Shown here: piece after piece, positions 1 to 9,628 of the stretch
How the letters are laid out: each line of letters opens with the position of its first letter
Numbering within the stretch: the first letter of the stretch is position 1
DNA from: an uncultured Gemmatimonadales bacterium
GTDB lineage: Bacteria > Gemmatimonadota > Gemmatimonadetes > Gemmatimonadales > GWC2-71-9
DNA: 64,000 bases
Direction of reading: 5' to 3'
NCBI GenBank assembly: GCA_963762545.1
Contig: CAVXLC010000003.1
Coordinates: 130,967 to 194,966, forward strand
Made by a program: the position numbers and the translations under genes
Notes under the pieces: generated by a model
What the model saw: only the letters and a program-made list of their open reading frames with translations
What the model was told of the DNA's origin: nothing
The model's database searches: none

Positions 1-760
1 CATACCCTTTGAGGGGGGTGGCAGCAACGGAAACCCCTCCCCCTTCGTGCACTAAATCAAGTCCCATGATTCGGTCCAGCGAGGCGTCCCACGCCGCGCG
101 GTCCGCGGCCGCCTGACGTCCGAGTGTGAGCAGCCGCCGGTCGACGTCCGGCTGCCGCTCTCGCAGGATGGGCAGAAGCCGGGTCCGGATCCAGGTTCGC
201 TGGTGCCGGAGGTCCTGGTTCGCGGGGTCGGTCCAGCACTGGAGGCCGTGACGATGCAGGTACTCGGCCAGTTCTTCCCGCCGGAACGGCAGGAGTGGTC
301 GGAGCAGCTTTCCCCGGCGCGGCGCGATCCCCGCCAGACCGGCGGGACCCGAGCCCTTGAGCGCGCGCATGAGAATGGTCTCGACCTGGTCGTCCTGGTG
401 GTGGCCGGTGAGAATCAGGACGGCTCCGACCTCCGAGGCCAGCCGGTAGAGCCAGTCGTACCGCGCTTCGCGGGCGCGGGTCTCCGAGGCGTCGGGCCCG
501 AGCTGGAGCCGCGCCGTGTGCGCCGGCACCCCGAGCGCGAGGGCCGCCGCGCGTACCGATCCGGCCACGGCCGCGCTGTCGGGATGGATGCCATGATCCG
601 CGTGGGCCACCTGGAGCTCGAGCCCCGAGGCCGCCGGCGAGCCGGCCAGCAGATGGAGCAGCGCCAGCGAGTCGGGGCCGCCGGACACCGCGACGAGGGT
701 GACGCCGGGGCGAAGGCGCAGGGACGCGAGATGCCGGTCGAACCGCTCCTCGAGGGTCAC
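1..760 (-). CDS. tilS: tRNA(Ile)-lysidine synthase, N-terminal ~253 codons (3' end lies beyond the window start)
   Basis: The minus-strand frame is absent from the ORF track because it runs off the window edge. It reads TLEERFDRHLASLRLRPGVTLVAVSGGPDSLALLHLL...ILTGHHQDDQVETILMRALKGSGPAGLAGI. This carries the SGGxDS PP-loop and HHxDDQxET motifs typical of TilS. The GTG start at 758-760 overlaps the TGA of the upstream CDF gene (GTGA). Confidence 0.85.
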   Translation of the reverse strand, partial: MTLEERFDRHLASLRLRPGVTLVAVSGGPDSLALLHLLAGSPAASGLELQVAHADHGIHPDSAAVAGSVRAAALALGVPAHTARLQLGPDASETRAREARYDWLYRLASEVGAVLILTGHHQDDQVETILMRALKGSGPAGLAGIAPRRGKLLRPLLPFRREELAEYLHRHGLQCWTDPANQDLRHQRTWIRTRLLPILRERQPDVDRRLLTLGRQAAADRAAWDASLDRIMGLDLVHEGGGVSVAATPLKGY

Positions 761-1623
761 AATCCCTCGAACGGCTCCATGTGAATCAGCACATCCTGCA
801 CGCTGGGCACGGCGGAGCGGATGGCCCGCTTCACCTTGCCGCTCAGGACGTGGGCCTCATGGAGCGAGAGCGAGGGCTCGGCCTGCACGTGGAGCTCGAG
901 GAGATACCGGGGCCCGCTCTTCCGGATCTTGAGCTTTTCGGTGGCGAGCACGCCGGACACGCTGTGCGCGGCCGTATCCACCTCGCGAAAGACCCCCTCC
1001 GCGGGAGAACGGTCCATCAGCTCGGCGAGCGCCGGCCGGATGATCTTGACCCCGTTGAAGAGGATGACGAAGGAGGCGGCGAGTGCTGCCCAGTCGTCGG
1101 CGGGCTCCCACCCGGGGCCGCCAACCAGCGCGATGGTGATGCCGATGAAGGCGAAGGCGGAGGTGATGGCGTCGGATCGGTGATGCCAGGCGTCGGCGGT
1201 GACGGCCAGGCTCCCGAGTTCAGCGGCTCCCCTGAGCACGAAGCGGAAGAGAGTCTCCTTGACGGCCACGACCCCGACCAGGACGATGAGCGTGAAGGAC
1301 TGCGGAGCATGATGGGGAATCCGGATTTCCCGCACCGCCTCGATGCCGATGACGATTGCCGCGGCCACCAGCATGAGCCCCACCACAGCGGCCGAGACCG
1401 ATTCGGCCTTGCCATACCCGAAGGGGTACCGATCGTCCGCGTCTCGCGAGGCGACCCGGAGCCCGCCCCAGACGATCAGCGACGAGATGAGATCGGCGAT
1501 TGACTCCACCGCGTCGGCGATCAGAGCGTAGGAATTCCCCAGCACCCCCGCGACGAGCTTGACGAGCGCGAGGACTCCGTTGGCCAGGAGCCCGAGCTGC
1601 GCCAGCCGGATGCCCCGATTCAT
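757..1623 (-). CDS. cation diffusion facilitator (CDF) family divalent-metal efflux transporter
   Basis: 288-aa ORF with multiple hydrophobic helices. Motifs LIADAVESIADL and AWHHRSDAITS match the metal-site helices of CzcD/FieF-type transporters. It also has the C-terminal cytoplasmic domain (LELHVQAEPSLSLHEAH). Confidence 0.9.
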   Translation of the reverse strand: MNRGIRLAQLGLLANGVLALVKLVAGVLGNSYALIADAVESIADLISSLIVWGGLRVASRDADDRYPFGYGKAESVSAAVVGLMLVAAAIVIGIEAVREIRIPHHAPQSFTLIVLVGVVAVKETLFRFVLRGAAELGSLAVTADAWHHRSDAITSAFAFIGITIALVGGPGWEPADDWAALAASFVILFNGVKIIRPALAELMDRSPAEGVFREVDTAAHSVSGVLATEKLKIRKSGPRYLLELHVQAEPSLSLHEAHVLSGKVKRAIRSAVPSVQDVLIHMEPFEGL

Positions 1624-1630
1624 GCGGCGG

Positions 1631-2269
1631 TCAGGGACTCAGGCGGTCCCGCACCCAGCCGCCGTCGGCGCTCCGCCGGTAGCGGATGCGGTCGTGCAGC
1701 CGGTTGGGGCGGCCCTGCCAGAATTCAAATTCGTCGGGGATCACCCGCACCCCGCCCCACCAGGGCGGACGCCCGATGCTGCCGTCGGGGTGGTGGCTGG
1801 CGGCTTCGGCCCAGCGGGTTTCCAGCTCCCCGCGGCTCCTCACCACCTCACTCTGGCGGGAGACCAGGGCGGACAGCCGGCTCCCGACGGGGCGGGAGCG
1901 GAAGTACGCATCCGATTGCGACGCGGCGATGGGTTCGGTCCGCCCCACGACGCGAACCTGGCGCTCCAGCTCGGCCCACCAGAAGACCAGAGCCGCCCGG
2001 GGATTGGCGGCCAGCTCGGCGCCCTTCCGGCTCCGTGAGTCGGTGAAGAACACCAGGCCGTGCTCGTCGGCGCCTTTCAGGAGGACCATGCGCGCCGACG
2101 GCTGTCCGTCCGGCGCGGCCGTGGCCAGCGTCATCGCGTTGGGCTCGGGAAGCCCCGCGTGGACGGCCTCGTCGAGCCAGGCGAGAAACTGCTTGAGCGG
2201 CTGGCGGTCGACCGATTGTTCGTCGAGCTCGGCCCGGGCGTACGCCTTCCGCAAGTCGGCCAGGCTCAT
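1631..2269 (-). CDS. pdxH: pyridoxamine 5'-phosphate oxidase
   Basis: The internal ATG at 2269 gives 212 aa (MSLADLRKAY...). The sequence includes AMTLATAAPDGQPSARMVLLKG and the C-terminal signature WGGVRVIPDEFEFWQGRPNRLHDRIRY. The longer listed ORF (to 2827) overlaps the GNAT gene in another frame and is rejected. Confidence 0.9.
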   Translation of the reverse strand: MSLADLRKAYARAELDEQSVDRQPLKQFLAWLDEAVHAGLPEPNAMTLATAAPDGQPSARMVLLKGADEHGLVFFTDSRSRKGAELAANPRAALVFWWAELERQVRVVGRTEPIAASQSDAYFRSRPVGSRLSALVSRQSEVVRSRGELETRWAEAASHHPDGSIGRPPWWGGVRVIPDEFEFWQGRPNRLHDRIRYRRSADGGWVRDRLSP

Positions 2270-2769
2270 CGTTCGGTCTCCTCCTCCTTGAAGATGGCGA
2301 AACCCCGCGCCAGGTAACCCGCCAGCGCGGACGGGTGATCGAGCGTGCAGGTATGGACCCACACCCGGCGCACCCCCGCATGCATGGCATAGGCCCGCTG
2401 CACCGCCTGGGTGAGCAGGTAGCCGCCGATTCCCCGACCGACGCAGGCAGGCACCAGCCCAAAATAGACGATCTCGACGCTGCCACCGTCCTGGGCCTCC
2501 AGCTCGAAATATCCCGCGAGCGCACCGGCCCGATAGGCCACCCAGGTTTCCACTGCGGGCCGCGCCAGCCACTCCAGCCACTGCGCCCGGGTCCAGGGCA
2601 GCCGGTCGGTCCACTGGTAGTCGCCACCGACCGCCACATACAGGGAGCGGCTGAGCTCCGGATCGGGGGGCGCGACCTTGACCAGCGTCAGGTCCGCCGG
2701 CACCCGGACCGAAGGCCGGAGCGCCGCGGGCGACGGCAGCTCGAGATACGTGGTCCGTACCGCGGTCAT
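2266..2769 (-). CDS. GNAT family N-acetyltransferase
   Basis: VYFGLVPACVGRGIGGYLL contains the acetyl-CoA-binding R/QxxGxG/A motif, and the size is ~167 aa. The ATG at 2769 overlaps the FAH stop (ATGA). Its own stop overlaps the pdxH start (ATGA). Confidence 0.8.
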   Translation of the reverse strand: MTAVRTTYLELPSPAALRPSVRVPADLTLVKVAPPDPELSRSLYVAVGGDYQWTDRLPWTRAQWLEWLARPAVETWVAYRAGALAGYFELEAQDGGSVEIVYFGLVPACVGRGIGGYLLTQAVQRAYAMHAGVRRVWVHTCTLDHPSALAGYLARGFAIFKEEETER

Positions 2770-4106
2770 GGCGGAGGAACGGCGGGAAGCACCACCCCCC
2801 GGCATTCACCGAACCCGATGGAGGCAAACCCCGCGCGCTCGCAACGGCCGGTCAGGCCGATCTCGTCGCCATCCTCCAGGAATCGCCGCGGCGTCCCATC
2901 CGGCAGGGCCAGCGGCTCGGTGCCCCGCCAGGTACGTTCGAGCAGACAGCCCCGGCTCTCCTTCTCGGGCCCCGACACCGTCCCGCTCCCCAGCAGGTCT
3001 CCGGGCCGGAGGTTGCACCCATTGCTGGCGTGATGGGTGAGCAGCTGGGCCATGGTCCAGTACATGGAGGCGAAGCTGCACCGGCTCACCCGCAGCGGCT
3101 CGAGCGCCTCCCGGCGCATCCGTGCCGACGAGAGCCGGACGGTCAGCTCGATGCCGAATCCGCCACGCTCGCGATCGGCCTCGGCGTCGAGATAGGGGAG
3201 CGGCGCCGGATCGCCCTCGGGGCGCGGGGTCCGGGGCACCCGGAACGGCTCCAGCGCGTCCGCGGTGATCACCCAGGGCGACACCGTGGTCGCGAAATTC
3301 TTCGCGAGGAACGGGCCGAGCGGCTGGTACTCCCAGCGCTGCACGTCGCGGGCGGACCAGTCGTTGAGCAACGAGAGTCCGAACAGATGGGTCTCCGCGT
3401 CGGCGATCGGGATCGGTTCCCCCAGCGGGTTGCCGGCGCCCACCCAGGCGCCCACCTCGCATTCGTAGTCCAGCGCCCGGGTGGGCGCCTGCACCGGAGC
3501 GGGCGCCGTGTCGTCCTTGAGCTGACCCAATGGACGGCGCAGCGGCGTTCCGCTGGGCACCACGGACGAGGCCCGCCCGTGATACCCGACCGGAATCCAC
3601 TTGTAGTTCGGCATCAGAGGCTGCTCGGGCCGGAACATGCTCCCGACGTTGGTGGCGTGGTGAATCGAGGCGTAGAAATCGGTGTAGTCCCCGATGGCAC
3701 AGGGCAGCAGGAGGTCCGCCCGGGCCAGGGGCACCAGATAGGCGGCCAGTCGCTGGGGGTCCGGCGAATCGGCGCGCAGGGCCGCGTGCACGGCGCGCCG
3801 GAGCTGCCGTGCCGCGGGACGGCCCAGCGCCATCAACCGGTTGAGCACCGGGTCGGAGAGCGCATCGGTGATCTCGGGACTCAGGGGACCCAGCTCGCCG
3901 GCCCGGACGGCGCGGCCCAGGTCGAAGATCTCATCGCCGATGGCCACGCCGATCGAGCCCGGTGCGGGACTCCCAGTGACCCGGAACACGCCGAGGGGGA
4001 GGTTCTGAATCGGAAAGTCGGTTTCCGGCCGTCCGGCCGACGCCACCCAGGACCGGACCGCCGAGTCGTGGGTCTGATCGAGCCGCTGGTTCACCGTCCG
4101 CTCCAT
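2766..4106 (-). CDS. fahA: fumarylacetoacetase (fumarylacetoacetate hydrolase)
   Basis: 446 aa. The N-terminal FPIQNLPLGVF and the blocks DYTDFYASIHHATNVG, PVGYHGRASSVV, DYECEVGAWVG and FGLSLLNDWSARDVQRWEYQPLGPF are characteristic of eukaryote-type FAH. Confidence 0.9.
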   Translation of the reverse strand: MERTVNQRLDQTHDSAVRSWVASAGRPETDFPIQNLPLGVFRVTGSPAPGSIGVAIGDEIFDLGRAVRAGELGPLSPEITDALSDPVLNRLMALGRPAARQLRRAVHAALRADSPDPQRLAAYLVPLARADLLLPCAIGDYTDFYASIHHATNVGSMFRPEQPLMPNYKWIPVGYHGRASSVVPSGTPLRRPLGQLKDDTAPAPVQAPTRALDYECEVGAWVGAGNPLGEPIPIADAETHLFGLSLLNDWSARDVQRWEYQPLGPFLAKNFATTVSPWVITADALEPFRVPRTPRPEGDPAPLPYLDAEADRERGGFGIELTVRLSSARMRREALEPLRVSRCSFASMYWTMAQLLTHHASNGCNLRPGDLLGSGTVSGPEKESRGCLLERTWRGTEPLALPDGTPRRFLEDGDEIGLTGRCERAGFASIGFGECRGVVLPAVPPP

Positions 4107-5002
4107 GCCGGAAGGGCCTCGAGCGGCTCGCGGAAGGAGCAGGAGCCGAACCCGTGGCAGAAGTCGTTCCGCATCCGTCCCAGGGCATCGCCATCGAACC
4201 GGAGGTCGTGCCAGAGCAGGGCGTCGCCGTTGAGCGCAAAGGCGGAAATTTCGGATTCGAGCAGGGCTTTGCGGGCCAGGCTCCGGTCTCCCCCACCCCA
4301 GAGAATCGCCGCGGCGATCATGAGGTTGAGATAGCCGTACATGACGCCCGATGGCCCATCGGCCGATCCGGTGAGCGGATGCAGTCCGCGCACCGGGTAG
4401 TGCAGGCCGGCCGTCGCCTTGAAGGCAACCTTGCGCCGGGCCGCGCCGGCGAGAAAATCGAGCAGGCGGTCCGGCGTCGGGATCGCCTCCGGCGTGGTGC
4501 CGCCGGTGCGCACCTTGGCGAAGGCAGCGCCCCTCCGGATCGCATCCAGTGACGCGGCGGTGCCGGAGCCCAGGGCCACGATCTCCACGTAGCGCGCCCA
4601 GCGGGAGGGAATCGCGGCCAGCACCGAGCGGACCACACTATCGGTCGCGGCCTTCACCTCGACCGCGTCCACCCGCGCGCCGTGGACCGTGCATTCCCGG
4701 TTGAAGCCCTCGATGACCTCCACATCGTCCGCGGTGGCCGCGCCGATGAGCGCGGTCACCGGAATGAGCCGCCCGTCCGTTCCGGCGACCGGCCCGGTCT
4801 CGGCGGCGAACGCCTCCAGCCCGGAGACCGGCACCACGAAGCGACCCAGGGCCCACGCGTCAGGCGAGGCCCGATGCGCCAGGTACTCCGCCACCGCGGC
4901 GGCCATGTCCAGGCGCGCGGGGGGGAAGAGACCGGCGTAGTCAATCGCCCCGGACAGCAGGGCGCGAACCACGGGCGGGATGGATGTCGGGGGGGGAGTC
5001 AC
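4091..5002 (-). CDS. hypothetical protein (no family recognised)
   Basis: The GTG at 5002 (VTPPPTSIPPVVRALLSGAIDYAGLFPP...) lies just after the solA-like stop at 5023. The composition is coding-like over 303 codons, and the 3' end overlaps the FAH start by 16 nt. The upstream part of the listed 512-aa ORF overlaps the solA-like gene and is rejected. Confidence 0.6.
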   Translation of the reverse strand: MTPPPTSIPPVVRALLSGAIDYAGLFPPARLDMAAAVAEYLAHRASPDAWALGRFVVPVSGLEAFAAETGPVAGTDGRLIPVTALIGAATADDVEVIEGFNRECTVHGARVDAVEVKAATDSVVRSVLAAIPSRWARYVEIVALGSGTAASLDAIRRGAAFAKVRTGGTTPEAIPTPDRLLDFLAGAARRKVAFKATAGLHYPVRGLHPLTGSADGPSGVMYGYLNLMIAAAILWGGGDRSLARKALLESEISAFALNGDALLWHDLRFDGDALGRMRNDFCHGFGSCSFREPLEALPAWSGR

Positions 5003-5022
5003 GCCCGAATAATAGCGGCGCG

Positions 5023-6150
5023 CTATACCGGAAAGCGGGCCAGGGAAAAAGGGCTGAGATCGAGCACCGGCTCCCGGTCCAGCACCAGATCGGCCAGCGC
5101 CTCTCCGATGGCCGGCGCGAACTTGAACCCGTGCCCCGAGCACGGACTGGCCAGGATGACCCGGGGATCGAGGGGAGACCGGTCGATGACGAAGTCGCCG
5201 TCCGGGGTGTTGGTGTAGAGGCAGACCGCGCTGGACCGGAGCGGCCCATTCAGCATAGGGGTGCGCTCCGCCATGACGGCGCGGAGCGGGAGCAGGTCCT
5301 CGGCGGAGACCTCGCGGCGCACGCCGTCGCCGGAGGCGGGCTCCCCTTCGTGATGGGTGGCCACCTTGACGCCGTCGCCGAGGTCGGGAAACCCGTAGAA
5401 GTAGCGCTGCGGCGCCCACTCCCAGATGAAGATCGGCATGCGCGCGGGCGTGACCAGCGCCGGGTCGCCGGCCGCGGCGAACCAGAACAGCGGCTGTCGC
5501 GCGACCCGGAGCGGCAGCGCGGCGCGCGGGAGACCGGTGGCCATCCAGGCCCCGGCCGCGACGATCAGGCGGCCGACCTGGTACGTCCCGCGCGGGGTGA
5601 CCAGGGTGAGGGAGGCGCCCTCGCGCCACTCCAGCACCGGCTCGTCATAGCGGAGCCTGGCACCCGCCGCCGCGGCCAGGTCGAGCGCCGCCGCGACGCA
5701 GGCCTCGGGATCGAGCACGCCGGCCCGGGGCTCGTGCAGTCCCACTTCGTCCGGCCCTGGCGCGAACACGGGAAACCGGCGCTTCACCTCCGCCGCGGAG
5801 AGCTCCTCGTACTCGAGGGCATGCTCGAGCGCGCTCGTCCTGGCCCCCGCCACCAGCGCGCCGCCCGGCGGACCCAGCATGAGCCCGCCGGTGGTTTCGA
5901 GCAGGCGCCGGCCGCTGTCCTGCTCCAGGCGGGCCCATTGCCGGTAGGCCCGCTGCACGAAGGGGACGTACTGCGGGTGCTCGAAATAGGCCTCGCGAAT
6001 GATGCGGCTCTTCCCGTGCGACGATCCGAGCGCGTGGGGCGGGCGGTACCGGTCGAAGCCGATGACCCGCTGGCCCCGGCGGGCCAGCTCCAGCGCCGCC
6101 ATGCTCCCCATGGCGCCGAGTCCCACGATCCCCACGTCGTATGCCGTCAC
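5023..6150 (-). CDS. solA: FAD-dependent N-methyl-L-amino-acid oxidase (monomeric sarcosine oxidase / N-methyltryptophan oxidase family)
   Basis: The N-terminal YDVGIVGLGAMGSMAA is a dinucleotide-binding motif. SHGKSRIIREAY, AVCLYTNTPDGDFVID (covalent-FAD Cys context) and PCSGHGFKFAPAIG match the MSOX/MTOX family. GTG start at 6150. Confidence 0.85.
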   Translation of the reverse strand: MTAYDVGIVGLGAMGSMAALELARRGQRVIGFDRYRPPHALGSSHGKSRIIREAYFEHPQYVPFVQRAYRQWARLEQDSGRRLLETTGGLMLGPPGGALVAGARTSALEHALEYEELSAAEVKRRFPVFAPGPDEVGLHEPRAGVLDPEACVAAALDLAAAAGARLRYDEPVLEWREGASLTLVTPRGTYQVGRLIVAAGAWMATGLPRAALPLRVARQPLFWFAAAGDPALVTPARMPIFIWEWAPQRYFYGFPDLGDGVKVATHHEGEPASGDGVRREVSAEDLLPLRAVMAERTPMLNGPLRSSAVCLYTNTPDGDFVIDRSPLDPRVILASPCSGHGFKFAPAIGEALADLVLDREPVLDLSPFSLARFPV

Positions 6151-6164
6151 GGTGTGATTATCCT

Positions 6165-7082
6165 ATGGGCATGGCCGACGCCGGCGCAACCTACCGAATC
6201 ATCGACCTGCGACACATGGGGCGGACCGAGGCGGTCGCCGCGTGCGTGGTCGAGACCCGGGACGGACCGCTGCTCGTGGATCCGGGTCCGGCCTCGACGC
6301 TGCCCGCGCTCCGGGCCGGGCTCGCCGAGCTCGGGTACGAGGTCGGCGATCTCTCCGCCCTGCTGCTCACCCACATCCACCTGGATCATGCCGGCAGCAC
6401 CGGTACGCTGGCGCGGGAAAATCCCCGGCTGGCGGTGTACGTGCATGAGCTGGGAGCGCCGCACATCGCCGATCCTTCCAAGCTGTTGAAGAGCGCCACC
6501 CGGTTGTACGGCGAGCGGATGGACGAGCTCTGGGGCGAGGTGGCCGCCACACCGGAGGCCCGGATCAAGGCCTTGCGAGGCGGGGAACGGCTGGGCCTGG
6601 GCGGGCGGGAGTTCCAGGTGGCCTACACCCCGGGGCACGCCGCGCACCACGTCAGCTACTTCGAGCCGGCCTCCGGCGTGGCGTTCGTCGGCGACACCGG
6701 AGGGCTGATGAGCCCGCGGCTGCCCTGTGTGCTGCCGGTCACGCCGCCGCCCGAGTTCGACCTGGAGGCGTGGCTCGCCTCGATCCACCAGATCCGGATG
6801 TGGCGGCCGCGGGAAATCGTGCTGACCCACTATGGTCCTTCGGCGGAGCCGGAGCGCCATCTCGAGGACCTCCGCTCCGCCCTGCTGATCTGGGCGGAGT
6901 ACGCCCGGGACAGCCTCTCGCTCACCGGCACGGATCAGGAGCGGACCGGCTGGTTCATCCGGCAGCTCGAGGGATGGATCGAGGGGCGGGTCGCCGCCGA
7001 ACGGGCCCGCCGATTCCTGGACGGCGCGGGCCCGGAGGCGTGCTGGCAGGGACTGGTACGGTACTGGAAGAACCGACGCTAG
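6165..7082 (+). CDS. MBL-fold metallo-hydrolase
   Basis: LLLTHIHLDHAGSTG is the HxHxDH metallo-beta-lactamase motif, with later YTPGHAAHH and FVGDTGG blocks. The listed start at 6141 would overlap the divergent solA start, so the ATG at 6165 (MGMADAG...) is preferred. The start is uncertain. Confidence 0.85.
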   Translation: MGMADAGATYRIIDLRHMGRTEAVAACVVETRDGPLLVDPGPASTLPALRAGLAELGYEVGDLSALLLTHIHLDHAGSTGTLARENPRLAVYVHELGAPHIADPSKLLKSATRLYGERMDELWGEVAATPEARIKALRGGERLGLGGREFQVAYTPGHAAHHVSYFEPASGVAFVGDTGGLMSPRLPCVLPVTPPPEFDLEAWLASIHQIRMWRPREIVLTHYGPSAEPERHLEDLRSALLIWAEYARDSLSLTGTDQERTGWFIRQLEGWIEGRVAAERARRFLDGAGPEACWQGLVRYWKNRR

Positions 7083-7085
7083 GCT

Positions 7086-7811
7086 CTACGGCAGCACCCT
7101 GATTTTGATGTTCCGGAAGGCGACCGGATTCTCGTGCTCCTGCAGTCCGATGTAGCCCTGCTTCGCCTGACCATACTCGGGCCATTTGGAGAACTTGCTG
7201 TTCTTCACCCTGGCCTGCCACTCGGCACTGCCCAGCACATAGTCCGCGGTCTTGACCCCGTTGAGCCACTGCACCACGTGATCGCCGTCCACCAGGATGC
7301 GCGCGGTGTTCCACTGACCCAGCGGCTTGACCGCGCCGCGGGGCGCCGGATACAGCCCGTAAGCGGCACCAGCCGAGGTGAGCTGGGACTTGCCGTCCGG
7401 GTGGACGTCGTCGTCGAGCACCTGCATCTCGGGCGCGCTGAAGTAGATCTCATCCGAGCCCAGCGCAGCCCGGTAGAAGATGCCGCTGTTGCCGCCGGGG
7501 ACCGTGAGCCTCCAGTCCACCGAGAGCTCGAAATTCCTGAACTGCTCCGTGGTGATGATATCGGTGGACCGTTCCACCCGGGTGAGGGCGCCGTCCACCA
7601 CCCGCCAGCCGGCGGGCATGTCGACGCTCTTGTACCCGCGCCATCCCTGCGTGGTGGCGCCGTCGAACAGCAGGCGCCAGCCCGCTTTCCGCTCGGCGGC
7701 CGTGAGCGTGTTCGGAGCGCCGCTCTCGGGTGCCGGCGGCGCTCCGGCCGACGCGTGGCAGGCCGCGAGCGCGGCCAGGACAAGCAGGCGGGTGTCGGTC
7801 CGCATGGTCAT
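7086..7811 (-). CDS. secreted DUF1080 (3-keto-disaccharide hydrolase family, PF06439-like) protein
   Basis: The ATG at 7811 gives [23 protein letters not shown], a signal peptide. [35 protein letters not shown] and [19 protein letters not shown] are the typical DUF1080 blocks. The start overlaps the upstream stop (ATGA). Confidence 0.85.
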   Translation of the reverse strand: MTMRTDTRLLVLAALAACHASAGAPPAPESGAPNTLTAAERKAGWRLLFDGATTQGWRGYKSVDMPAGWRVVDGALTRVERSTDIITTEQFRNFELSVDWRLTVPGGNSGIFYRAALGSDEIYFSAPEMQVLDDDVHPDGKSQLTSAGAAYGLYPAPRGAVKPLGQWNTARILVDGDHVVQWLNGVKTADYVLGSAEWQARVKNSKFSKWPEYGQAKQGYIGLQEHENPVAFRNIKIRVLP

Positions 7812-9304
7812 ATGCTCCAGCCGGCGCGGTACTCGCGCGTCAGGTACTGGTTCGCTTCGGGCACGTTGGTGACCTGCATCCGCTCGGCGTCGTAGAGGAT
7901 CTTGCGGCCCTGACCGGTCCGGAGCGCGACGATGCCGAGCAGCATCACCTCGGTAAGCTGCGCGGCGTACTCGATGGGAGAGCTGGCGGCCGCCTGGCCC
8001 TTGCACGCCGCGACCCAGTTGAGCTCGTGGCTCCGCTCGATGCGCGGCATGGTCTGGGGAACCGACGCGGTCTGCTGCATGAGCGCGTCGGGATAGAGCC
8101 GCGGCTTGGCGCCGTAGGTCTCGTGCATCAGGATCCCCTGGTCGCCCACGAAGATCACGCCGCCCTCCCGGTTGAGCTGCAGGTCGTCGGGCAGCTCAGG
8201 CCGGCGGGGCGGCATGAGGCCGCCATCGTACCAGCTCATCCGGACCGGTGGCGCCGCGCCGCGGGCCGGAAACTCGTAGTGGACCGTCATCGCCTGGGGA
8301 TAGGTGACGGGCTTCTGGCGGCTTCCGCCCCAGGGCGTCGAGGTCGCCTCGATGCTGGTGGGCGCCGCGAGGCCGAGCGCCCAGTACGGGTGATCCATGA
8401 GATGGGCGCCCATGTCACCCAGGGCGCCGACCCCGAAGTCGGTCCAGCCGCGCCAGTTGAACGGGTGGTACACCGGGTGATACGGGATGTCCTCCGCCAC
8501 CGGCCCGAGATAGAGATCCCAGTGCAGCCCGTCGGGCACCGGGTAGGCGCCCATCATCGCCGCGGCGGTGCGCTCGTTGATGGCGCGCATGTTCCAGGAG
8601 GGCGGCGACGGCGGCGTTCCCGCGGGAGGCGCCGGGGGGGCGGCGGGACGCGGAATGCCCTGGGGCCAGATCGGGCGGTTGGTCCAGATGTGCACCTCGC
8701 GCACCGGACCGATGAGCCCGGCCTGAATCCACTCGTTGATCAGCCGGGCATCGTTGCTGGAGTGGCCCTGATTGCCCATCTGGGTCACCCGGCCGGTGCG
8801 CCGGGCGGTTTCGCGGAGCACCCGCGCCTCGTGCACCGAGTAGGTGAGCGGCTTCTGCACGTAGACGTGCTTGCCCGCCTCCATCGCCGCCTTGGCGATC
8901 ACCGCGTGCAGGTGGTCGGGCGTCGCGATCACCACGCCCTCGATGTCCTTGCTCCGGTCGAGCATCTCGCGGAAATCGGCGTAGCGCCTGGCCTTGGTGA
9001 ACTGATCGGCCAGGGCGACGGCCTCGGGCCTCGGCTGGCCCTTGTCGTCCTTCTGCCGGCTCGCGAGAGAGCGCTCCACGTACCCGAAGTCGACGTCGCA
9101 GAGGGCCACGATGTTCTGGGTGACCAGCGCCTCGGCGTTGCTCATACCCATGCCGCCGGCGCCGACGATGGCCACGTTGAGCGTATCGCTCGGCGCCTGG
9201 AACGCGGTCCCTCCCAGGACGCGCCGGGGCACGATGGCGGCGCCGAGCGCCGCCCGCCCTGCGCCTTCGACGAATGCACGGCGGGTCATCTTGCGACGGG
9301 ACAT
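7808..9304 (-). CDS. Tat-exported Gfo/Idh/MocA family oxidoreductase
   Basis: The ATG at 9304 gives [25 protein letters not shown], a twin-arginine signal. [12 protein letters not shown] is a Rossmann motif. [27 protein letters not shown] is the Gfo/Idh/MocA signature (EKP variant). Confidence 0.85.
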   Translation of the reverse strand: MSRRKMTRRAFVEGAGRAALGAAIVPRRVLGGTAFQAPSDTLNVAIVGAGGMGMSNAEALVTQNIVALCDVDFGYVERSLASRQKDDKGQPRPEAVALADQFTKARRYADFREMLDRSKDIEGVVIATPDHLHAVIAKAAMEAGKHVYVQKPLTYSVHEARVLRETARRTGRVTQMGNQGHSSNDARLINEWIQAGLIGPVREVHIWTNRPIWPQGIPRPAAPPAPPAGTPPSPPSWNMRAINERTAAAMMGAYPVPDGLHWDLYLGPVAEDIPYHPVYHPFNWRGWTDFGVGALGDMGAHLMDHPYWALGLAAPTSIEATSTPWGGSRQKPVTYPQAMTVHYEFPARGAAPPVRMSWYDGGLMPPRRPELPDDLQLNREGGVIFVGDQGILMHETYGAKPRLYPDALMQQTASVPQTMPRIERSHELNWVAACKGQAAASSPIEYAAQLTEVMLLGIVALRTGQGRKILYDAERMQVTNVPEANQYLTREYRAGWSI

Positions 9305-9404
9305 GCGGAGGCCTCCGATTGGTGGGTCAGCCGGCGGGATGGACAATACTAGCACGTCCGCCGACGGAGGGTGGAGGGTGCGATGCCGGCGCAATGTGGG
9401 GAAT

Positions 9405-9623
9405 TCAGCCAGCCTTCTTGCCGGCCCCCGCCACCACCAGCCCGAGGCCCCCGACCAGCGCGACGATGCCCACCCAGGTGGGGACCGTGCGCTTCTCCTC
9501 GACCGAGGCCTTGAGCCCGCCCACCTCGAGGACGCTCTTGTCCTTGGTGTAGGTCAGGCCGCGGAACACGACGACGCCGCCGACGGCGGCAATCAGGAGT
9601 CCAACCAGTACGAGTGGCTTCAT
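9405..9623 (-). CDS. small membrane protein (72 aa, two hydrophobic helices)
   Basis: The ATG at 9623 gives [20 protein letters not shown]...[25 protein letters not shown]. It lies 5 nt downstream of the preceding small gene. The longer 194-aa listed ORF is Arg/Pro-rich and is rejected. Confidence 0.5.
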   Translation of the reverse strand: MKPLVLVGLLIAAVGGVVVFRGLTYTKDKSVLEVGGLKASVEEKRTVPTWVGIVALVGGLGLVVAGAGKKAG

Positions 9624-9628
9624 GTGAT

